A stretch of DNA of 63,984 bases, filler included, from Alcyonidium flabelliforme (Eukaryota): assembly GCA_026167845.1 (NCBI GenBank). It is 10 parts of 10 records of this genome, joined end to end, with 100 filler letters (N's around TTAATTAATTAA, not from the genome) between each part and the next. Parts side by side here need not be neighbours in the genome. Positions count along the whole stretch, not along the records: positions 1 to 12,471 come from JAOQFJ010000001.1; 9 more parts are not named here. One strand, written 5' to 3'. Shown piece after piece: positions 1 to 10,075 of this stretch. The stretch's first letter is position 1. Each line of letters starts with the position of its first letter. The notes under the pieces were generated by a model. That model was not told the DNA's origin, did not search any database, and worked only from the letters and a program-made list of their open reading frames with translations. The translations under genes and the position numbers were made by a program.

Positions 1-11
1 AAACAGCAGAC

Positions 12-51
12 AATAAAAAAGACCTCCAATCTCTTGAAGGTCTTTTTTATT
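12..51. terminator. Bidirectional rho-independent terminator-like hairpin
   Basis: Perfect inverted repeat AATAAAAAAGACCT (12-25) / AGGTCTTTTTTATT (38-51) with A/T tracts on both sides. Confidence 0.7.
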
Positions 52-63
52 AATACTTAAATG

Positions 64-161
64 TGGTGGGCCCAGTATCAACTTAACTTGCTAATTAAAC
101 ATATGGTATTAAAGGATTTTATATAATAATAAAATATTTATACCAACTAATATACCAACTA
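64..161 (-). mobile_element. Probable att site of an integrative island (tRNA 3'-end remnant plus arm-type direct repeats)
   Basis: The minus strand at 75-64 reads CTGGGCCCACCA, like a tRNA 3' end with CCA, and runs into the terminator. TATACCAACTA is directly repeated at 139-149 and 151-161. Confidence 0.5.
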
Positions 162-258
162 TTCATTCAGGTAAAAGTTTGGTTAACTAGCCGAATTTAG
201 ATATTCAGATTCGACAAGAAATATTGTTATCAATTGTTAAATATGAGAATTTTTTTAT

Positions 259-3200
259 TTATATTTTTATTATGCTATAAATCTCAATAGGATCATCATC
301 CCTATTGTAATTACGTTTATCTATAATGGTAAGCTTTCCTAGCATATAAATGCTGTGCTCAGATCTGCCTCGTAATGCATTCCATATATCTCCTGGCACC
401 ATCAAATAGGCTCCCATCGCTGGACCTAGATACGCATAATGCATCGGATACCAATGATAGTGCCATATTTTATATTTAGCATTCAGCACATTCCCAAAGT
501 AATGGTCAACTGAGCTTAATGTTGTTCTCATATCTGAGGGAGGACAGCCGATTGTAAAGCTCGGAGTCTCAATGCCTCTAGAGGCATAATTAACTTCGAA
601 TCTACCTAATTCTAATCCTAGTGGATGTGCACGTATTGAAAAGGGGTTAATGCCTAGCTCTCTACCAATGTCGTACTGGAGTGCATCAAATACTTCTTTG
701 GGAGTTAGGCTTGTTTTTTTACTAGATTGAAAGACTTGCAGCTCCATGTCTATACATACACCATTTATAGTACGAATAATCGGACCTGAACCAAATAGTA
801 TCTTTTCTTCCTGATTTATCAAGTTTTGCATATATTTTGCCAATGCTGCTTCATCAGGTAAAGCTTCATTTTTTTTAATTTCTAAAAGCTGAGGCCAACC
901 AGTTGGTGCTTTAGACGGTTGCAAAGAAGTATAAGGAGTGCCGAAAGGTTTAACTTGATTCGCGAAAAAACTCGCTTTTGCATTAGATAGTCCTAGACAG
1001 TGATATGCATAGGATAATGTTCTTAAATAAGCGGATAAGATGACCGTTTCTGCTTGAGTGACTATATTGAATACTAATTTATCTCTTGGATAAAAACGAT
1101 CGTTACAAAAGCCATAATAGTTAAAGTGAATAAAATCTTGTCTACCTTTGATACATTCCCATTCGTACTCACAGTGTGCTAAAAGAGGATAATTTAACTC
1201 CTTACTTAAAACTTGTAGAAAATGCAAATATAAAGGAGCTATACCATTCTGTGCTTTGTTAAATGAATCTGAATCTGAATAAGTTTTATCTTCATTTTTA
1301 ACAGTATAGAAAGCACTAGTTACTTTTTTAGGTAGTAACCCTAGTTTTCTCAAAATATTATTCGATAATATTGATGGATATATAATAGCTAAGGTTAGCT
1401 CCTCAGAACTATAAATTTGTCCGTTTATTAGCAACAGAATTGACAAATAGTCAGTTATATCTATTTCATACTGTAATTGACTTAAGTGCTGCAAAAACAG
1501 TGATCGAAACGAAACGTCATTTTCGAGAAGTTTAGCAATTTGATGAGCTGCTCTCAGTCTAGCAACTCGGTCTGGCCATTTGTAGAACCATAAAAGTATG
1601 TGAGACGGTACCTGTTCTATAGCTAATTCTTGTAGTTGCCAATATAAAGGTGTGAGTGACAGGTGATTAGTCTCATCTTCCAAGCATTTAAGCATAGACT
1701 CAGTCGTAGCAACTGCTAAGTCATACTCTCCAACGACTAGAAAAAATTTGACGAGTTCGTAAGTAGGTACAAGAAACCATTCTGAATCGCCAGTTTTGGA
1801 GAATTTTGATGATAACGTATCATCTAAGAATTTTTGCCAATCATTCTTGTATTTTTTAGCATAAATAAAGATGGTATCTTTTCCACCCCAAAATCGACTC
1901 CATAGCCTATTTAGACGAACGCTATGCAATGCCATTGGATAAGATTTTTTTACGCCTCTAAGCTTACAACTAAGTAAAAACACTTTATCAAGGCTTCTTC
2001 TTAGGTTGTCAGGAAAATTATCTTCAAGTAACAGCAGAGCTTCGTAAGCTTCGATAATATCAAAAGCTTGATTTTGACCTACCCAATAATCGATCCAACC
2101 TGTTATAAAATCATCTGCAGAGTATATATTTTGGGCCTTGAGCTCATCGCATAAATCATTCAACCGATTTGGAGAGTACTCTTCAATATCTATTTCAATA
2201 GTTTTACTTAAATCTGAGGAATAGCTACTGTCTCTAGGCGCTGGAGGAAAACCACCCAAGAATTCTAATTGTTCGTTAAAGATGGTTTTTAGAGTATTGC
2301 TTTCATTAGCTCTTAATTCCAATTGTCTTAGAGACTCATAAGTTGTTTGCGATAATAGTAGTGCTTTTTCCGCTGCAGAGTTAAGAGGAAAGTTGATTGT
2401 AAATTGGTCAAGAATATCTTGACATAATGACCAATTATGTTCTGATATGTGATATGTAAATTCATCCACCAAACGTTCTGGTACGTATTTAGCTATTAGC
2501 TTAATTCTCCAGCTAGGAATATGCCTGTTTTCTTTTTCTGAATATTGAAATATATCAGTAGTGAAGGGCGTTAGTCGGATTACCCAGTCCTTAATACTTC
2601 CTACACTATATTCTGCACAAGCATCCACAGCTTCATAGACGTCATTTAACGTGATATCTTTTCGATGACCGTAACCATAAATATGTTGTGCCGTATTCTT
2701 TAAACCAATTGTTGTCTCATTATTTAAGTTATATTGAAAGGCAAGCTTGGTAACTTCTAAACTATTACCTACTAAGTAGTTGGTAAGGTTTTTTTGTAGT
2801 GATAACTCTTCGAACGAACTTTGTATCGTTTTTTCAACGACCTTTATAGGAACAGATATTGTGATACCGTGTTCAAAAGCAGATTCTAGCCAGTTTTGTG
2901 CGAGCCATAAGCTGTTAGTTGCTAAATAGTCAAAATCAGACACATTTAGTGGTACTATTCGATTAGTAGTGCTGAATAATCTATACAGCACAATAGATAT
3001 TTGGGTCAAGGCTTTTGATACGGTATGCCATACCTGTGCTTTGTCGTTATTACAGTCTGTTCTCTTAGGAAAACTGAATACTTCTATTTGTTTATAGATG
3101 TCAAAGATATCTATCTTATTAGAAATTAAAAAATCATATGCTACATTAGAGGCTACATACTCAAAAAACATATCAGCATCTTTTTGAAAGGTGGTGATGT

Positions 3201-5982
3201 CTGAATTAGTGAAGTCCGGTAGTTTACGAGTTGCTTTGGGATGTGATAAAGATTGAGCTAAATAATAGAAAAATAGCTTTATATATCGCTTATAAGGCAT
3301 ACTTTCAAAAGAAGCTATGGGCTCTGGCTTAGTAAATTGAGCCCAATCTATTTGAAACCTATTGTCTTCTAATTTTGCAATTATTGAGCCGTAAATGCTC
3401 GTAATAGCTTTCTTTCTTTCTGGTCTATCTAGAAAAGAAATGTCATGATCACAACATGCCAGCACAAAGTTATCCCAATATATATTTATTGAATCTTCGG
3501 GAACAGAGCTTACTGGAAAGTCCAAAATAATATCGGAATAACCAGATGATACTAGTCTTTCAATAATTTTATCAAACCAAACTGCCCTTTCATTGAGCTT
3601 GTTAAGAAGCCAGACAACTTTCGTTATATCTGGGTTTTCGGACTTAAGAAGACAGTCGAAAGCTGAGTTAACTAAAGCATCTACACTATTTCCTTGATCA
3701 TCGCCATACATAGCATAGAACTTAATACGTTTAATAAGTTCATCAAAACAACGCATTAATAAGTTAGGGCTACTCTTAGAATAAGATACAACCACAGATA
3801 TATCTTGGTTAGATAAAGTGTTTAGATTATCTATTCGCCATAGCATGGCATAATTAGCTGTTGGATTCTCCACAGCGATTTTGAGAAATTCAGAAAAATC
3901 CTGAATTTGAAAATTTGGACCATCAAGATGACGCATCTTAATCAATCTAAATTTCACAAGATCGGAATATTTTTTTTGCTCGAAAGCTGTGCTTTCAGCG
4001 AAATATAATATTCGTTCAATATGTGAGTTAGGATATCCTTTGCATACAGAGTCAATTAACCAATCACGGTTAACACCTTCTAGAAGAGGTAGTGGATTAC
4101 CCAAATAGCTTTCAATAATCCATTGCCAGCCCCATCTCCAATATTCAGGTGCGTCAGTATCAAGCCAGCTTTTTGCTCTTTTTATTAAAGTTTTCGATTG
4201 TTGTGTAAACTCATCTTTGCTTTTTAAGTAGAAAATAATACTGCTATGAAAAGGCGTGATGCCGCTTAAACGAATATCAAATAAGTGCCGAATTTCATCA
4301 AAAGCATTCGTAAAGCTCAAGGTATTTTCAAAGCAAGTGGCTAAGGTGTCTCTATCTGGCCATGAGAATTCTACGCATGATATTTGAAGAAGAACCTCAC
4401 GAGCTTGAGCAGATAAGTTTGACCACAGTACATCATAGTATTTAAGAATATCGCCGTCTGGGCAGATAGGTAAGCGTTCAACATCATAAGCAATTATGTG
4501 GTTTTTATTAGTCGCCAGTTTTCTTATCGAATAAATAAGATAGAGAGGGTAGCCACTGGATACTCTATGAAAGGCGGTAGTGATGGCACTTAGCTCAGAA
4601 TTCCTATATTCATCATCAACTACTAATTTAATTTGACTGCTAGCAACTAAATTGTTTAACCAACTTCTGATGGCATGCATATCCATAGGTGGTAATTCAA
4701 ACCAATGAGTATCTTTAGGTGTATCTACTTCCATAATCGCTGGCAGTTTTATGTTGCTTATCGGTTGCGTGCCATAAATTATACATATCCTGTCTTTGAG
4801 TTTATTTACAATATTAATTAGGTGGTTGAGCTGACTAATATCGCCAGATCGTTCTCTACTAACATGATCTAATCCATCAATAATCAGTACCAGTTGCTTG
4901 TTGTTTGCTTCTGCTCTATTACAAGCCTCTTTAAGTGAGACATAGAGGTCATTATGATTTAAGTCTGAAGTCTTAATTAAATCTGGAAATACTTGTTTAA
5001 TTTGAAGTAGTATTGACCTGGCTACGTTGGTATAACTGACTCTCTCAACCTCTCCTTGCGATAAAATGGAATAGTGATGGCGTAATACAGGCACACCTTT
5101 CTTAACTAATACATTAGTTAAATGCGATAGGTATGTACTCTTGCCCATACCAGGACGACCAAAAACAACCCATGCGCCCGATTTTTCAGTTTTAGCTAAA
5201 ATGTTTTTATGAAAGTCTTTTGAAGGAGGCGTATAGCCATTTGGGACTTCGAAAAACTGCGATAAAGGTTGTGAAATAGCTACACTAAATAATTCTTTTA
5301 AATGTTGTAGCTTAATGTGACCATCAGGTGCTGGCTGGTTCTTTGTAGTGGCCCATCTTTCAACAGCTTTTATGAAGCGATACCAACCTTCATCTTTAGT
5401 ATGGTCAGGCACAAGACTATTGCGAAGTGACGTTTCAAGGTCATTGTTTGTCGGCTGACTATGTTGAAATTTAAAGTGTTTGAAGAAGCTCTTTGCTTCA
5501 TCGGTTCCACCGAGCTGCTCATAAATTTGGCTAAGGTATTCAGACGGAATCATTTCAAGATCTATAATTTCGTTAGTAAGTGCTTGACTAACAATATTAT
5601 CGGGTACTCTATTAGTAACTAGAACGGCCTTAGCCAGTAAATCAACTTCATAGTACTTTTTAAAGTCAGTATTCCATTTTTGAAGAAGAGAGGACCCATT
5701 GTTTTTCTTCTTTAATAACCAGTCAAGGCTTAAGCTTAAATCTTTACGCTCCGAATCGATAGTAAACTTAACTTGATAAAGCTCATATTTACCATGGGAG
5801 TTTAGGGCTACGACATCATCAAGACCAATAAATTTATGCGGACCTGATTCTGAATTCTCTATAGTCATCCACTGGTATAAGTCAGGTTGATGAAACCAAT
5901 CTATCAATAGCTTTATACACCAGAGGTCCTGATATGAATATCCCACTCTGGTCAACTGCGTGTGTTTGATGTCGCTCGTCAT
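259..5982 (-). CDS. Avs/AVAST-like STAND NTPase with N-terminal PD-(D/E)XK-type nuclease (~1907 aa), putative anti-phage protein
   Basis: N-terminal GYSYQD...LDDVV...YQVK nuclease-like motifs, Walker A GRPGMGKST, Walker B LIIDGLD, STAND GxP motif GYPLYL, and a long probably helical C-terminus. The likely ATG is at 5982 (the ORF track starts at 6006). Confidence 0.75.
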   Translation of the reverse strand: MTSDIKHTQLTRVGYSYQDLWCIKLLIDWFHQPDLYQWMTIENSESGPHKFIGLDDVVALNSHGKYELYQVKFTIDSERKDLSLSLDWLLKKKNNGSSLLQKWNTDFKKYYEVDLLAKAVLVTNRVPDNIVSQALTNEIIDLEMIPSEYLSQIYEQLGGTDEAKSFFKHFKFQHSQPTNNDLETSLRNSLVPDHTKDEGWYRFIKAVERWATTKNQPAPDGHIKLQHLKELFSVAISQPLSQFFEVPNGYTPPSKDFHKNILAKTEKSGAWVVFGRPGMGKSTYLSHLTNVLVKKGVPVLRHHYSILSQGEVERVSYTNVARSILLQIKQVFPDLIKTSDLNHNDLYVSLKEACNRAEANNKQLVLIIDGLDHVSRERSGDISQLNHLINIVNKLKDRICIIYGTQPISNIKLPAIMEVDTPKDTHWFELPPMDMHAIRSWLNNLVASSQIKLVVDDEYRNSELSAITTAFHRVSSGYPLYLIYSIRKLATNKNHIIAYDVERLPICPDGDILKYYDVLWSNLSAQAREVLLQISCVEFSWPDRDTLATCFENTLSFTNAFDEIRHLFDIRLSGITPFHSSIIFYLKSKDEFTQQSKTLIKRAKSWLDTDAPEYWRWGWQWIIESYLGNPLPLLEGVNRDWLIDSVCKGYPNSHIERILYFAESTAFEQKKYSDLVKFRLIKMRHLDGPNFQIQDFSEFLKIAVENPTANYAMLWRIDNLNTLSNQDISVVVSYSKSSPNLLMRCFDELIKRIKFYAMYGDDQGNSVDALVNSAFDCLLKSENPDITKVVWLLNKLNERAVWFDKIIERLVSSGYSDIILDFPVSSVPEDSINIYWDNFVLACCDHDISFLDRPERKKAITSIYGSIIAKLEDNRFQIDWAQFTKPEPIASFESMPYKRYIKLFFYYLAQSLSHPKATRKLPDFTNSDITTFQKDADMFFEYVASNVAYDFLISNKIDIFDIYKQIEVFSFPKRTDCNNDKAQVWHTVSKALTQISIVLYRLFSTTNRIVPLNVSDFDYLATNSLWLAQNWLESAFEHGITISVPIKVVEKTIQSSFEELSLQKNLTNYLVGNSLEVTKLAFQYNLNNETTIGLKNTAQHIYGYGHRKDITLNDVYEAVDACAEYSVGSIKDWVIRLTPFTTDIFQYSEKENRHIPSWRIKLIAKYVPERLVDEFTYHISEHNWSLCQDILDQFTINFPLNSAAEKALLLSQTTYESLRQLELRANESNTLKTIFNEQLEFLGGFPPAPRDSSYSSDLSKTIEIDIEEYSPNRLNDLCDELKAQNIYSADDFITGWIDYWVGQNQAFDIIEAYEALLLLEDNFPDNLRRSLDKVFLLSCKLRGVKKSYPMALHSVRLNRLWSRFWGGKDTIFIYAKKYKNDWQKFLDDTLSSKFSKTGDSEWFLVPTYELVKFFLVVGEYDLAVATTESMLKCLEDETNHLSLTPLYWQLQELAIEQVPSHILLWFYKWPDRVARLRAAHQIAKLLENDVSFRSLFLQHLSQLQYEIDITDYLSILLLINGQIYSSEELTLAIIYPSILSNNILRKLGLLPKKVTSAFYTVKNEDKTYSDSDSFNKAQNGIAPLYLHFLQVLSKELNYPLLAHCEYEWECIKGRQDFIHFNYYGFCNDRFYPRDKLVFNIVTQAETVILSAYLRTLSYAYHCLGLSNAKASFFANQVKPFGTPYTSLQPSKAPTGWPQLLEIKKNEALPDEAALAKYMQNLINQEEKILFGSGPIIRTINGVCIDMELQVFQSSKKTSLTPKEVFDALQYDIGRELGINPFSIRAHPLGLELGRFEVNYASRGIETPSFTIGCPPSDMRTTLSSVDHYFGNVLNAKYKIWHYHWYPMHYAYLGPAMGAYLMVPGDIWNALRGRSEHSIYMLGKLTIIDKRNYNRDDDPIEIYSIIKI

Positions 5983-6158
5983 AGTTAGGCCGCTAGTAAT
6001 TATCAAGTTAAAAGTTTTGAAGTAGTTTTGATTAGCATGCTTTATAAGTTAGACAGTGTAGATACATACCATTGTTTAGAGTTATTTATTAGTTAGATAA
6101 TATCGTATATAGACAGATTGATATATCAATAAAAGTCTTAAGAGTAAGGAGTTGCAAC

Positions 6159-7385
6159 ATGGGATTAGCAAAACAACAGCAAATTGAAGAGCAGAGACGA
6201 GGTTTTAGCTGTGATGAAACGTTAACAGTTTGTACTGGCTGTTTTGAAGAACAGGGAGTGACGCATTTCATAGAAGAGCATCAAAGTTCTACAGTCTGCT
6301 CATTTTGTAAAGACTATGATGAGGATGTCATCGCTTGTAAATTAGAATTAGTAATTGATCATATTTTAAATAGTATTCATTATGAATGGGGAGATCCAAA
6401 TAATGAAGGACTTTCTTACATAACAAGAGAAGGGGGATGGCAAGGCAAAGTTTATGAAACATGGAATTTAATGGAGATAATAGGTTTGGATACCATAAAT
6501 CATGACGTTTTTACATATATTGTAGATTCAATACATAACCAGCAATGGTGTAAAAAAGAGCCATATTCATTAAAAGTAGACCAAACGTTCATGTACGGAT
6601 GGAGCTATTTTTGTAGTTTTGTTAAAACTAAATCAAGATACTTGTTTTTAAATGCAAGAAATCCTAATTTTGATACAAAACAGCATGATGAAATGGATCC
6701 AGTAAAAATATTAGATGTATTAGGTAGTATTGTAAATAGGGTCAGTTTAACTAACGTCATAAGTAAAGATACTGACATACTACGAGTGAGAATTACTGAA
6801 TTAGACCAACATTTGACAGATGCAAATGAATTAGGTTCTCCGCCAATTGAGTATGCGATTATGCCCAATAGGATGAGCCCGGCAGGTATCCCGATGTTCT
6901 ACGGTGCATTTGATATGAAAACTGCAATTAGTGAAACTTATCAACAATGTGATACTGATAAAAAAGCTATTTGCGGTGTTTTTAGGCCTATTAGAGATCT
7001 TGTACTAATTGACTTACCTGAAAAATCTAGTGTTCCTAGTATCTTCGATGAGCATAAAAGGAAATTTCGTAGTGATATAAAATTCTTGCAAAACTTTGTT
7101 CATGATTTTATTAAACCTATCGCAAGAGACGATAGGGCTCATATAGATTATGTACCTACCCAAATTGTGACAGAATACTTTAGACATGTTTTTCAAAGTA
7201 AAGACGGCGTGCAAGTAGATGGCATAATTTATCCCAGTTCTAAAAATGAAGGGCATAGAGCGGTAGTCATATTTGCCACCTCTGAGCAATGCATAGATGC
7301 CGATGAATCATTTCAAAATGATTCTCTACTAAGATTGGTCGGAATAGAGTCACAGGTGCTGGTTGGAGCTGGTCAAATCAGTTAA
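6159..7385 (+). CDS. RES-domain protein with Cys-containing (HEPN/RES-associated type) N-terminal domain
   Basis: CxxC...CxxC N-terminus; RES-family motifs NRMSPAGIPMFYGA, YVPTQIVTEYFR and DGIIYPSSK; AGGAG RBS upstream. Confidence 0.8.
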   Translation: MGLAKQQQIEEQRRGFSCDETLTVCTGCFEEQGVTHFIEEHQSSTVCSFCKDYDEDVIACKLELVIDHILNSIHYEWGDPNNEGLSYITREGGWQGKVYETWNLMEIIGLDTINHDVFTYIVDSIHNQQWCKKEPYSLKVDQTFMYGWSYFCSFVKTKSRYLFLNARNPNFDTKQHDEMDPVKILDVLGSIVNRVSLTNVISKDTDILRVRITELDQHLTDANELGSPPIEYAIMPNRMSPAGIPMFYGAFDMKTAISETYQQCDTDKKAICGVFRPIRDLVLIDLPEKSSVPSIFDEHKRKFRSDIKFLQNFVHDFIKPIARDDRAHIDYVPTQIVTEYFRHVFQSKDGVQVDGIIYPSSKNEGHRAVVIFATSEQCIDADESFQNDSLLRLVGIESQVLVGAGQIS

Positions 7386-9404
7386 TACTCCTAATGATGA
7401 TAGGAAGTTTTTGAATTCATTTGAAAAAGTAAATCTCTTCTTATCAATTTCTATCATTTTGTTTAAGGATGATACTTTCTGATTTATATTGACATTAATT
7501 TTACCTGCCACAAGCAAACTCAAAAAATCACTTTTTAAACCATTATCTTTTAAAAAATAGAGGATTTCGAAAAACTCTATATCATGTGGTTGGAAATCAT
7601 ATAAGTAATCTTCAATACTGGGATAAGATTGATTTAAGTTTTTAAAATTTGAATCATCGTCAATTTCAGCATTTAGTCTTAGAAAACTAAGAAGTTTGAT
7701 AGCGCTAAAGTATTTCTTAGAAATAGTATCAGACTCAAATGCTTTAAAAACCATTTGGTAGAATGAATTATAAACGTATAAAGCAAGTTCATTCTTATCA
7801 TTCGCTAATAGAGTTATAAGGTTTAAACCAACAATACTTAAAAGACTTAAAGCATATCTTGAGTGACTATGATTATCGAAATTCCAGTTAGAGTCTCTAT
7901 ATTTCTGATATTCCAATATATCTAAAAACAAATCACTGGACAGAAGTAATTTGTTCCAAATATCTAACGATTTATTGTGTTTGATTGAAACAAATAATAG
8001 GTAGGACAGAAAATAGTATTTGTCTTTTTTAAAACTAAAATTATCGTCATAGTGAGAAAAATCAGAAGATTCTTTTCTGAATAAGAGTCCTTCATCACAG
8101 TACCAGTTTTTTATATCAAAATACCATCTAGAGAAAAAATCATTAGATATCTCAAATACTTTTAATTGTTGAATTGATGGCTCGGCATCAGCATTACTAG
8201 ACAGTCTAGTCTCAATATATAAACTTAAAAATACATGAGCAAACCATTCTTCATAGTCAAGCGAATCAGACCATGTTACTAACTTAGTTTCAGAACTATT
8301 GATATCAGAATAATCGAATAAAGAGCTAAAAGATAGAATAAATTTTGACTTTAGATAGGAGTAAGTTTTTGGTAACTCACCATCACTTTTATCAATTGTT
8401 ACTATGATTTCATCATTACGCAAATCTCTTAGCTGATAGAGTATCCATCTAAGAGTTCCTAGGGGTTGAACATTGAATAGAGTATGAATGATGAAAGTAA
8501 CCAACTCATCGAGTCTTTGCTTAATTTCATCTAACTTTGACTGATTTGATGTAGTGTTAATATTGTACGAATTAATAAGTACACTGAGTTTAAAATCAGT
8601 ATGATGCATTAGCAAGGGGAGTAATAGTTCGTTATGGTCCCATGTACCTTTATTATCGAAAGCAGTTTTTGCATTTGCAACTAAGAATGACCAAATTTCA
8701 ACTGTAATCTCGCTGTCAATAGCATGCAATGCCATTGTGATAGAATATGGATCTTCAAATTTTTGTATCAGCTCAACGAAAGTATTTTTAGCTAGAATAA
8801 ATAATGTATAGAAAGCTGTCTTATCCCCCTCCCAAGATAAATTATGATAGTCTCTATCAGCCCAAAGCATTTCCAAGCACGGATTGGACTTCCACTGCGT
8901 GATTAAATTGTTATAATATTTATGAGTTTCACCAATGGTAGTATTGAATGGAACTTGATTAAGTTCAGTGTAACGTTTGATAGTTTTTATGGCTGAAGAC
9001 TTAAGGTTATCTATGACATCCTCATAACCTCTTTCAGCATTCATTATATCCTTAATATAATCTCTCAATGCCCATTTTAAGTTGCTAGAGTAATATTCAA
9101 TTTTATCAACAGTATTAAAAAAAGTATCAGAACCATCGCAAGATTTAATAATTTGAATAGCTAGACCACATTCAGTTTTATAGTCATCGTCATAGTTACC
9201 TTGTAGTTTCTCAAACTTAGATCTAACTTCTCCTAGAAGATTATTAACTGTCTGCTCAACCTCTTTTGGCTCATCTAAATTGTCTAATGGCAATCTATCA
9301 TTTACAGAAATCAGATCCCATAGTTCAAAGACATCTTTCTGTATGCTCTCGTAAGTCTTATAATTATCAAACTTAGGGGTATTCCATGAAATATTCGTGT
9401 TCAT
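7350..9404 (-). CDS. Hypothetical 684-aa protein, third gene of the PLD operon
   Basis: Long ORF with an ATGA start/stop overlap with the upstream gene; no recognisable catalytic motif. Confidence 0.7.
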   Translation of the reverse strand: MNTNISWNTPKFDNYKTYESIQKDVFELWDLISVNDRLPLDNLDEPKEVEQTVNNLLGEVRSKFEKLQGNYDDDYKTECGLAIQIIKSCDGSDTFFNTVDKIEYYSSNLKWALRDYIKDIMNAERGYEDVIDNLKSSAIKTIKRYTELNQVPFNTTIGETHKYYNNLITQWKSNPCLEMLWADRDYHNLSWEGDKTAFYTLFILAKNTFVELIQKFEDPYSITMALHAIDSEITVEIWSFLVANAKTAFDNKGTWDHNELLLPLLMHHTDFKLSVLINSYNINTTSNQSKLDEIKQRLDELVTFIIHTLFNVQPLGTLRWILYQLRDLRNDEIIVTIDKSDGELPKTYSYLKSKFILSFSSLFDYSDINSSETKLVTWSDSLDYEEWFAHVFLSLYIETRLSSNADAEPSIQQLKVFEISNDFFSRWYFDIKNWYCDEGLLFRKESSDFSHYDDNFSFKKDKYYFLSYLLFVSIKHNKSLDIWNKLLLSSDLFLDILEYQKYRDSNWNFDNHSHSRYALSLLSIVGLNLITLLANDKNELALYVYNSFYQMVFKAFESDTISKKYFSAIKLLSFLRLNAEIDDDSNFKNLNQSYPSIEDYLYDFQPHDIEFFEILYFLKDNGLKSDFLSLLVAGKINVNINQKVSSLNKMIEIDKKRFTFSNEFKNFLSSLGVLTDLTSSNQHL

Positions 9405-10075
9405 TTACCATCCCGCCATAGTTCTTCGAAAAAATTAGTAATTTTAAGTTCATTTGCGTTCCAGCCAAAACTGGTAGCATGAAAGCTCGGTTGCGATGCA
9501 CCAACATCAGAGCCGAAATGCCATAAGTTATCATCAATGATTGCAAATCTATCATGAATGAATTTCATGTTTTTGAATAATTTATAACCTATTATTGTCG
9601 CATTAGAAGTTTTTTGTTTTTCTCTAATATGATCGTTATAGGTTTTAGTTAATTCTGCCAATCTAGCAGTTTCACTTTCTTGTATATCATTTCTTAAATA
9701 AAATCTAGTATCTACTTTGGATGAGTTGTTTAATATAAGGTCGTAAAGTATTTCGAGCTTTTTATTTTCATTTTTTTCTAAGGTGTTAGCTAAATAAGTA
9801 TCAATAATCCAAATTCTATTAGTAGCCACTTGTATAGCGTTTTGGAAACCCTTAGAAATTAATGAAATATCATCTTTAGAATTGAGGTTTGAAAACATAT
9901 CTATTGCAACAGAGTAGCTCGGACATTCGTACAGATCTTCCGTATCCTGGGGTCCGCTATAATAGCTCTGTTGAGATGAACCGAAAAAAATTTTCGGTAA
10001 GATGGTTTCTTCTTGAGATACATTTTTATTTACAGATAACTTTATATCTGATTGTTTGGGCTTAGGCAGTAGCAT
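9401..10075 (-). CDS. Small single-domain phospholipase-D-fold (PLD-like nuclease) protein, 224 aa
   Basis: IWIIDTYL and IHDRFAIIDDNLWHFGSDVG (HxR-x4-D variant of the HxK-x4-D motif, followed by G-S). Confidence 0.7.
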   Translation of the reverse strand: MLLPKPKQSDIKLSVNKNVSQEETILPKIFFGSSQQSYYSGPQDTEDLYECPSYSVAIDMFSNLNSKDDISLISKGFQNAIQVATNRIWIIDTYLANTLEKNENKKLEILYDLILNNSSKVDTRFYLRNDIQESETARLAELTKTYNDHIREKQKTSNATIIGYKLFKNMKFIHDRFAIIDDNLWHFGSDVGASQPSFHATSFGWNANELKITNFFEELWRDGK

